A DNA stretch of 44,499 bases, from contig DAIEHA010000007.1 in assembly GCA_027355945.1 (NCBI GenBank), forward strand, positions 1-44,499, given 5' to 3'. Of this stretch, positions 37,689 through 44,499 are shown one piece after another; the first letter of the stretch is position 1, and each line of letters begins with the position of its first letter. The DNA is from Candidatus Parcubacteria bacterium (GTDB lineage: Bacteria > Patescibacteriota > Minisyncoccia > UBA6257 > 2-01-FULL-56-20). A program made the position numbers and the translations under genes. Below the pieces are notes generated by a model that saw nothing but the letters and a program-made list of their open reading frames with translations, was not told the DNA's origin and made no database searches.

Positions 37689-38822
37689 TTAGAAGGTCGG
37701 GGTTGCGACGTAGATGAGGTTGTTCGTGTAGTCGTTCGCGGCAGGCTGCAATGTACCGATCTCGATCCGATAGGCCACCTTCGCGGTTCCCACGTTCTGC
37801 GTCGTTCCGTCCGCAGGACCGTTCCATGCGAACACGGTGAGCGTGGAGGTGGGATTGATGCTGCCGGCATAGAGCGGCGTGGACGTACCGAAGCTTGGCG
37901 CACCGACGATCGAACTGCTCACATCGTCGCTCGTGACGCCGAGATGGCCGTAGGTCGCAGGCTGATTGATGACGTTGCTCGGCGCGGCCCACGGACTCGG
38001 CGTGGATGTCGCATTGCCGTTATCGAAAAGATGGATGGTGTTCCCCGTCTGGCTCGTAAGGTCCTGGTCCTCGTGGACGGTCACCGCAAAGCCGTTTGCG
38101 GCGTTCGTCGTCACATACAGCTGCTGACCGAGCTCGGCGTGGGTGTTCGGTGAGATCACGCCGAATGGGACCGTGGTCGAGGTGGATGCGCCCGTCGTCG
38201 TTGCGCCGTTTCCAAGCGTCGTGGAGGTCGCAAGCCCCGCCACCGTAAAGGTGAAGGTCGTAGCAACCGCCGCCGTCACATTGACGCCATTCACGATCGC
38301 GACGCGGGTTGCCGCGGAATTCGTGCCTGCCGCGACGTTTATCACATAGGACCCGGTGCTCGTCGGGTTCGTGATCGTATTATTCAAAACTTTGAGGGTG
38401 ACCGTTCCCGCGGGGATCGTTGCGCCGCCGCATACGGTGAATACAAGGGAGTTCGTGGTGGTCGCCACGCTGACATTGTTACCTCCGTTGTTACAGGTAT
38501 ATCCGGTGATGGTCATCCCGGTCGAAGTCACATCTGCAAGCACGACGCCGCCTACGTTGCCGAATGCGCTCGTGTTGGGATCGAAGGTATACGTGATCGT
38601 CTGCCCCGTCAACGTGCTCGTCGAATCAGTGAATACTATCGTATGATTCGCTGCAAACCCCGGGCGGGAATCGGACAATGTGTCGCTCACTGAAGTAAGG
38701 CTCACTGCGTGGGCGGTGTTCACAAATCGAAGCATCGTGCTCCACGAAACAAGACTTACGATCAGACCTGCTGCGACCGCGATTGCGACATCGCGATTTG
38801 TCATCGTCCTTTTACTAAACAT
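37689..38822 (-). CDS. secreted two-domain WxL/pilin-like protein (class A), candidate major subunit
   Basis: Signal peptide (TAHA), Thr-rich beta domains, VPFGVI..VTTNAANGFAVTV..., C-terminus DYTNNLIYVATPTF; own promoter. Confidence 0.75.
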   Translation of the reverse strand: MFSKRTMTNRDVAIAVAAGLIVSLVSWSTMLRFVNTAHAVSLTSVSDTLSDSRPGFAANHTIVFTDSTSTLTGQTITYTFDPNTSAFGNVGGVVLADVTSTGMTITGYTCNNGGNNVSVATTTNSLVFTVCGGATIPAGTVTLKVLNNTITNPTSTGSYVINVAAGTNSAATRVAIVNGVNVTAAVATTFTFTVAGLATSTTLGNGATTTGASTSTTVPFGVISPNTHAELGQQLYVTTNAANGFAVTVHEDQDLTSQTGNTIHLFDNGNATSTPSPWAAPSNVINQPATYGHLGVTSDDVSSSIVGAPSFGTSTPLYAGSINPTSTLTVFAWNGPADGTTQNVGTAKVAYRIEIGTLQPAANDYTNNLIYVATPTF

Positions 38823-38889
38823 TGGATACTCTTTGTTGAAAGAGGGGTTTGCTTTTTTATTCGACTTGTATTCATTCTATCACAACAGG

Positions 38890-38920
38890 TTATCCACATC
38901 GCAAGGGGTACTTATCCACA
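38890..38920 (+). promoter_or_regulatory. tandem perfect DnaA-box 9-mers in the promoter of the 37689..38822 gene
   Basis: TTATCCACA at 38890-38898 and 38912-38920, same orientation and 22 bp apart; minus-strand TGnTAGAAT just downstream. Confidence 0.65.
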
Positions 38921-38952
38921 GGCGCTCAAGAATGCGCGCACTCGGTCCGCGA

Positions 38953-40062
38953 TCACTTCTTTCGAAGGTCGACTGTCCCCTTCGGATCGCTTCGCGGAAC
39001 CTGCGGACGAGGAGGTTCGTGCGGCGCACTCGGTCCCGAAGAACCATATCTTCCCATCTCGCGTTCGAGCATCTTCTTCACGTATCGACGGAGCAATATC
39101 ACAAACCCTCCTATGACAAGAAGTGCGATCACGCCGTCCTCCGCGAGCATTCCGAGCGGCAGGACCCAGAATGTGAGGGTCTGGGACACGCTCTTCGTCC
39201 CATCGACGCCATAGGCAAGGGTCACTATTGCGGTAAAACGCCCGATATCCCATAGATTTCCTGGGCCCTGCCATTCTTCGCTGAACTTACGGCTGCTCGA
39301 TGGCAGCACGTATCCGAACGTCTCCTCTTGGTTCACCGGGACCGTTCCCTCCTCCTTTCCGAACGCATTATAGATCTGGATCTCCCCCACCGGACGCACA
39401 TGGACGTTGCCGGTGTTCGCGAACACCAGATTGAAATTCACATCCGGCCGCTGATAGAATCCTTTGTCCGTGGAAAATTCCTGGATGTTCCCGGATTCCT
39501 TTATATCCCCCGATACGGTGACGAATATGAGCGCCGAGATGAAGCTCGATATGCCGATATGCGACCCCGACGCGGGAGACCCCTCCGGCGATTGAGTCCC
39601 GATCAGGATACCGGCGTAATGTCCTCCCGGGGATGCGTCTTTCGGGATGTTGATCGAAAAAGGGACGTCAGCCGCGCTTCCCGGCGGCACCACCGCGGTG
39701 GACGATCCGAGTGTTATCCAGTTCGCCAAGGCGTCGGGATCTCCCGCAATCTCCGAAAGATTCTTGAAGGTGCCATGACCCTCCTGATCTGAGGGCGCAA
39801 ATCCCATCACGGTCGCCACCACGGGAAGCGGCGCCGCATTGGTGTTCACCACGCGGATCGAACTCGCCCATGCGTCCCCCGGCGATGCGTTCAACGTAAA
39901 GAACGGGGGGGTGATGGTGAGCGATGTCGCATCGGCCGACTGGGCCGCCGCACGGGGAAGGAAGCACGGCGCACCTGCCGCAAGCGCGACGAGGATGAGC
40001 ACCGCACCTGCCGCAGCGCGGCGCGCATTCGCAAACGTCATTGTGTGCGTAGCATCATTCAT
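38953..40062 (-). CDS. DUF916/WxL-interacting-like membrane-anchored protein
   Basis: LTITPPF..ASPGD..IRVVN, LANWITL..VPPG..VPFSINIPKDASPGGHYAGI, NTGNVHVRPVG; C-terminal TM. Confidence 0.8.
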   Translation of the reverse strand: MNDATHTMTFANARRAAAGAVLILVALAAGAPCFLPRAAAQSADATSLTITPPFFTLNASPGDAWASSIRVVNTNAAPLPVVATVMGFAPSDQEGHGTFKNLSEIAGDPDALANWITLGSSTAVVPPGSAADVPFSINIPKDASPGGHYAGILIGTQSPEGSPASGSHIGISSFISALIFVTVSGDIKESGNIQEFSTDKGFYQRPDVNFNLVFANTGNVHVRPVGEIQIYNAFGKEEGTVPVNQEETFGYVLPSSSRKFSEEWQGPGNLWDIGRFTAIVTLAYGVDGTKSVSQTLTFWVLPLGMLAEDGVIALLVIGGFVILLRRYVKKMLEREMGRYGSSGPSAPHEPPRPQVPRSDPKGTVDLRKK

Positions 40063-41059
40063 GATGGTGGGGGTGCTTCAGGTCTATCACCTGCTTGTTC
40101 TTCAGAAGATGCTCGATGAGTTGGCGCCTGCGATGATGCCGCTTCGCATATCCTCGATGCATGAACACGGCGGCCGCGATCACAAGAATGAGCAATATGA
40201 TGAAGATCACGAACAGCTCCTTCCATGGAAGGATCCAGAAGAGCGCCGTATCCGCGAGCTGGGCGTTCTGCGCTCCATAGGTTGCTTCCAATCCTACCTT
40301 ATATTCCCCCATGCTGCCGCCCGCACCATTCCATGTGGCGGTGAACTGCTTGGTGGTTCCCGGCGCGATGGAATCGCCGCCTGGATTCACGGACACCGAC
40401 CCGAGCTCGTGGCCGATGCGATCATAGAAGATCACGTCCCCTCCCGGATCCGATGGGATGTCGCCCGTGTTCTTGATGGCGTAATCGACCGTCATCGGGA
40501 ATCCCGATGATATTCTTTTTTCCGGACCGAAACTCACAAGCTGAAGTTCCTCTTTGAGATCGGAGATGACCGTGAAGTTCACGAGTGCCTGAGGGGCGCC
40601 ATTAAGATTCTTCTCCGCCTCGTCCCTCGTCCCTCCCTCCACAAAGGCAACCACGGCATGATAATCCCCCGCCGTCGCATACGGATTGATCGTCACGTTC
40701 ATGGGAATGGTCTTGGTCTCTCCGGGAGCGAAGATCATCGCCCCGCGAGAGATCCCGATCCAGTCGGCAAGGAGCTCCGGCCTGTTGGAACTCGCCGGAT
40801 CTATGAAGGGTTGCGTTCCGCTCGCGGTAAGTTCGTATACCGATGCAAAGATGTTGAGCTGCCTGCCGCTCGTGTTCGTGACCGTGAGGGTGTAGTTGAA
40901 CATGTCATCCGGGATCCCGTTCCCATCGATCACCGCGGGTGCGACCGTAAGATCCGCGGCATGCGCAACGCGCGTGGCGAATGCGCCCGCCGCAGCGGAA
41001 AACGCCGCGATGGCGACGATGAGCAGGAGCAGGTGTTTCATATTCTTCTTCATTGTCAT
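40055..41059 (-). CDS. DUF916/WxL-interacting-like membrane-anchored protein
   Basis: LTVAPAV..LTVTN, LADWIGI..APGETK..ATAGDYHAVV, NTGDIPSDPGG; C-terminal TM plus basic/His tail. Confidence 0.78.
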   Translation of the reverse strand: MTMKKNMKHLLLLIVAIAAFSAAAGAFATRVAHAADLTVAPAVIDGNGIPDDMFNYTLTVTNTSGRQLNIFASVYELTASGTQPFIDPASSNRPELLADWIGISRGAMIFAPGETKTIPMNVTINPYATAGDYHAVVAFVEGGTRDEAEKNLNGAPQALVNFTVISDLKEELQLVSFGPEKRISSGFPMTVDYAIKNTGDIPSDPGGDVIFYDRIGHELGSVSVNPGGDSIAPGTTKQFTATWNGAGGSMGEYKVGLEATYGAQNAQLADTALFWILPWKELFVIFIILLILVIAAAVFMHRGYAKRHHRRRQLIEHLLKNKQVIDLKHPHHHE

Positions 41060-41066
41060 GGCGTCA

Positions 41067-44000
41067 TCAGAAGACGGGGGTTGCGATATAGATCACGTTA
41101 TCGTTGTAGTTCCCGTTCACCTGCGTCAGTCCCGCTTGAACGCGGTATACGACATTGATCGTGCTCGTGGCGGGTCCGCTCGAATATCCTATCTCCGCCG
41201 GCGTGGACGTGAGCGCGGCATATGAATCGTCCGCGGCGAACCGCGTCGATCCTCCCGAGAGCACCGGACTTCCCGGATGATACCCGTAGCAGGCCGTTGA
41301 GGTCGCGGTGCACGCCGATGACCATGGCAGCGGACTTCCGTTCGTGGCATCCACGCCCGGCAGGATATAGCCGCGTCCGTTCATGAGCGGCGCATCCTGG
41401 AACGCGTACAGTTCGAACCCGTTGGGCGCATCGGTCGAGATGAGAAGCTGCTGCGCCGCCATGGAGCTTGTGGCGATCGTGAGCGTTCCAAACGAGATCC
41501 CCGCCGGTGTGGATGATGCGGTCGTTACGACGCCGTCGGTCGAAGTCCCTTGCGGCATGCCGCTCACCGTAAAGGTGAGGAGCGCCCCTTCCACCGCAAG
41601 ACTTGGATACGATGAGGTGCTGTAAAGTGCCACGGGTGCTCCGGTGCCGTTGTTCACAAGGCGGAAGAAATAGGTCGCGTTCGTCGTCGCACCGTCCCCG
41701 ACGATGGTGAACTCGTACTCGGTGATGGCGCTCGCCTGCTGCGCAAAGGTCGAGGAGCTTATTCCCGATGTGTTGTGCGTACCGCATCCCGGTCCCACGC
41801 CGCTCGCGCATGCATTCGAGTCTGAAAGCACCGCGGTCGAGATCACTGCATTATCCGTACCCCCCGTCGATGTGGCATAGCACCATTGCGACGCAGAGGT
41901 GCAACTCCCCGTCTCCGCGACATACCCCACCCCTGAGGAAAAATTGCTATACGTGGAATATTGAAGTCTGAACTTCACATCGCTCCCCGAAACATTGTTC
42001 GCCTCCGCTACCGCCACGCGAAGCTTGATGATGCTCCCGTTCTGCGCGGTCGAGGGCGCGACATTCTCCCCCGCGAGCGGGTTCACCGGCGTCTCATCGT
42101 TCGCGTCGCCGTAAAATCTCCAGTTCGCCGATTCCGGGTTGAACGGCGCCGTCGTCACGGCAGGATAATATACGTATGAATCGAGTGGCGTCCCGCTGCT
42201 CTTCACCATGCGGAAGCAATACGATGCCGAGGAGCTCGTGCTGTTGTATTGGAGCGCCCAATCATATTCGATGTTGTCCCCGATAAGCGAACGATAGGGG
42301 TTCGCCGCGGATGGATTGGCATCCGTATACACACCGTCGCGCGTGGATACGGAGAGCAGGAGCGTGGTGAGCGGCGTACCGTTCGCCACGCCCGCATTCG
42401 CATATCCGGTCCATGGCCCCGCGCCGCCGATCGCGCCCACGTCGCTCCATGATGCGACCGCGCTGCACGACGTCGTCATCACCCCGTACTGCAGCTTGAA
42501 TGCCTGCGTTGATGTCGGGAGCACCGCGCCGCCGAGCGTCACCGCCATGCGAAGACGCAGCACGCTTCCGTTCGTCGGAGGAGAATCCGCGGCCGTGATC
42601 GCCATATTCTCCCCGAGCGTCGACGTGCCCGCGGGCCACGCCGCGGTCGGCGTGAGCGCGTTCGCATTCGTATACCACCGGTAATAGTTCTCTGCGAACG
42701 TGGAGCTCGCGGCGATCACGCTTATCTGAGGATAGACAGTATACGTACCGATCGACGCCCCGTTGTTCGTCGCTTGAAAGTAATATGTCTGCCCGAAGGA
42801 AGCGCCCTCCGTCGCCTGGATGTTCCATTCGAGCTCCGTGAATTGATTCGTGTTGAGCGTGATCACCGGCGCAGGGGTCGTGCTTTCCAGCATGAAGCCG
42901 CTCACGAATGCCGCTGCCGCCGGAGTGAGAAGATTGTGGGTCGGATCAAGATCTGCGAAATATCCCGATGGACATTCGCGGAACGCCGCGGCGATCGTAG
43001 AACAGGTGGGGTCGACGGGCACGGGGGTCCACGGCCCCGCCGTGGAGGTCGCATATTCCAGACGGAACGCCGCGCTTGCCGCAACATTCCCGTTATTGGA
43101 AAATTCCATGCGCAGCCGCACGCTCGTGTCCTCTGTCGTGCTCGTCGGGGTCGTTTCCGCGGCGCGCCATGTCGCCGAGGGAACCGTGTCCACCTCGGGG
43201 TAGTTCACGTAGCCGTCAAGTGAGGCCCCTGCGCCGGTCATCATGCGGAAACAATATGCCGCACCGGAGGATGCATCGTTGTCCTGCACGACGAAATCCC
43301 ATTCGCCCGCCCCGTTCGCGGGAATGGGGTTCGGGTTCGTCGGCGAGGGATTCTGCTCCACGTACGATTCGGGGACGGTGGAGCTCGCGAGGAGCGTTGC
43401 GGCGAGCGTCGTACCGTTCGTCGTGCCCGCATTGCTGTAGCCGCGCCACGGCACGGACGATCCTGATGCTCCGACATCCGCAAAATTCGCCGATGGCACT
43501 CCGCTGCACGATGCCGCGGTTCCTTTGGGTGCATATTGCAGCTTGAACGATTGCGTGGAACTCGGGAATGCCGCGCCGCCCACCGCGATATTCATCACGA
43601 TCCTCACCGCCCCTCCCGAGACGGTTCCTGTCGCCGCAACGTCCGGCGCGGCGAGCGAGGATGTTGGTTGGACCGCGTCGGCATTTTTGTATATCTGGAA
43701 ATCCTGCTGAGTGAGCGTGGCCGAGGGCATTGCGGTGAACCCCCCAAGCCCCACCCCCGTCGCAGGTCCCACGGTGCCCGCCGCAACCGTGACGTTCGCC
43801 GAGGGATTCGCGATCGTAAGCTCGAAGGTCTGGCCTCCGGGAGAGGAGGATGCGATATCCACTTTTGCATAGATGCAGACGTTCGCGGTACCCACGGGCA
43901 TGGTGCCCGTCACGGTCGCTTGTTCCGATGCATTGAATGAGCCTCCTGTTGCGTTGAAGAGGGTCGCTCCCGCAGGGATGCTCGAGGTGGCGCAGGTGGT

Positions 44001-44498
44001 CGACGCCTGATAATAGAGGGCGAGGTTCCCGAGGTATGCGTTCGCGTTCAGGGTGCCCGAGGCGGTCACTGCGATCTGCGTGACGTTCGTGGAACCGGAA
44101 TCCCTCGCCATCGTGAATGCGCCGCCGGTGTAGAAGCCGGCTGCGGGGACGGTCGTCGTCGCGAACTGGGATCCCGTCGCTCCCACCGCGACCGAGGCGG
44201 GGGCATAGGTGATGACGATGATGCCCTGGGTGCCTGCGGCGCCGGCGCCCGCGACGCACCCGGCATTCGCGCATCCTCCTCCGCCGCCTCCACCCGCACC
44301 CCGTACACCCGCAACGCCGCCGCCCGCACCCGCATTCGTTTTGAAATTCGCACCTCCTCCTCCGCCGCCTCCTCCACCGGACCCGTATGTGGTCCACTCT
44401 GTGCCGGCTGTTCCGGTGCTGCCCACGACAGTGGTACGGCCGCCGGTCCCTCCTCCTCCGCCTGCACCGCCAAAAGTACCATCGCCCTGCCCGCCCGT
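41067..44498 (-). CDS. large adhesin-like surface protein, 5' partial: Gly-rich domain, four about 160-190-aa repeats, class A WxL/pilin-like C-terminus
   Basis: Frame stays open to the window edge (TGGQGDGTFGGAGGGGG...); C-terminus GNYNDNVIYIATPVF paralogous to the 37689..38822 product. Confidence 0.85.
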   Translation of the reverse strand, partial: TGGQGDGTFGGAGGGGGTGGRTTVVGSTGTAGTEWTTYGSGGGGGGGGGANFKTNAGAGGGVAGVRGAGGGGGGGCANAGCVAGAGAAGTQGIIVITYAPASVAVGATGSQFATTTVPAAGFYTGGAFTMARDSGSTNVTQIAVTASGTLNANAYLGNLALYYQASTTCATSSIPAGATLFNATGGSFNASEQATVTGTMPVGTANVCIYAKVDIASSSPGGQTFELTIANPSANVTVAAGTVGPATGVGLGGFTAMPSATLTQQDFQIYKNADAVQPTSSLAAPDVAATGTVSGGAVRIVMNIAVGGAAFPSSTQSFKLQYAPKGTAASCSGVPSANFADVGASGSSVPWRGYSNAGTTNGTTLAATLLASSTVPESYVEQNPSPTNPNPIPANGAGEWDFVVQDNDASSGAAYCFRMMTGAGASLDGYVNYPEVDTVPSATWRAAETTPTSTTEDTSVRLRMEFSNNGNVAASAAFRLEYATSTAGPWTPVPVDPTCSTIAAAFRECPSGYFADLDPTHNLLTPAAAAFVSGFMLESTTPAPVITLNTNQFTELEWNIQATEGASFGQTYYFQATNNGASIGTYTVYPQISVIAASSTFAENYYRWYTNANALTPTAAWPAGTSTLGENMAITAADSPPTNGSVLRLRMAVTLGGAVLPTSTQAFKLQYGVMTTSCSAVASWSDVGAIGGAGPWTGYANAGVANGTPLTTLLLSVSTRDGVYTDANPSAANPYRSLIGDNIEYDWALQYNSTSSSASYCFRMVKSSGTPLDSYVYYPAVTTAPFNPESANWRFYGDANDETPVNPLAGENVAPSTAQNGSIIKLRVAVAEANNVSGSDVKFRLQYSTYSNFSSGVGYVAETGSCTSASQWCYATSTGGTDNAVISTAVLSDSNACASGVGPGCGTHNTSGISSSTFAQQASAITEYEFTIVGDGATTNATYFFRLVNNGTGAPVALYSTSSYPSLAVEGALLTFTVSGMPQGTSTDGVVTTASSTPAGISFGTLTIATSSMAAQQLLISTDAPNGFELYAFQDAPLMNGRGYILPGVDATNGSPLPWSSACTATSTACYGYHPGSPVLSGGSTRFAADDSYAALTSTPAEIGYSSGPATSTINVVYRVQAGLTQVNGNYNDNVIYIATPVF

Positions 44499-44499
44499 G

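Noticed and set aside
35859-38153. 764-aa plus-strand ORF
   Set aside because: Spans four minus-strand genes in antisense; composition is a patchwork of shadow frames
38890-38920. Replication origin at the DnaA boxes
   Set aside because: Only two boxes in a 130-bp intergenic gap, no dnaA/dnaN nearby and no strand switch of genes
21811-44498. Type IV pilins or sortase-dependent pilins
   Set aside because: No G/F-x-x-x-E prepilin motif, LPxTG motif or sortase seen
19564-44498. Diversity-generating retroelement acting on the adhesins
   Set aside because: No reverse transcriptase, and I saw no near-identical TR/VR pair with adenine-specific differences; the two dockerin regions differ at all base types

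Overview
GC-rich bacterial DNA with almost all genes on the minus strand. Gene styles (MurE lacking its N-terminal domain, short HolA, stand-alone 5'-3' exonuclease, apparently leaderless genes) suggest Patescibacteria/CPR (Parcubacteria-like); this is inference. 1-18 kb is mostly housekeeping: truD, a SAM methyltransferase, tRNA-Arg(CCG), amino-acid permease, LOG-family protein, beta-CASP nuclease, def, murE, ruvA, rpsT, holA, pyrG, PAS histidine kinase, 5'-3' exonuclease and tsaE. A small AT-rich islet downstream of the tRNA encodes a 2H-phosphoesterase. 17.8-44.5 kb is one co-directional cluster of about 19 genes, mostly secreted or membrane proteins. It holds four proteins with WxL/pilin-like C-terminal domains (two subclasses), four DUF916-like membrane-anchored partners, two dockerin proteins, two membrane-anchored cohesins, a MacB-type ABC pair, Hsp20, FN3 and lamin-tail proteins, and a large Gly-rich adhesin running off the window. 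The order subunit > DUF916 > dockerin > cohesin occurs twice, each time preceded by perfect DnaA-box 9-mers. This is the best candidate for an undescribed system: a sortase-free modular surface fibre/adhesin display apparatus. Domain calls are by eye, not from searches.
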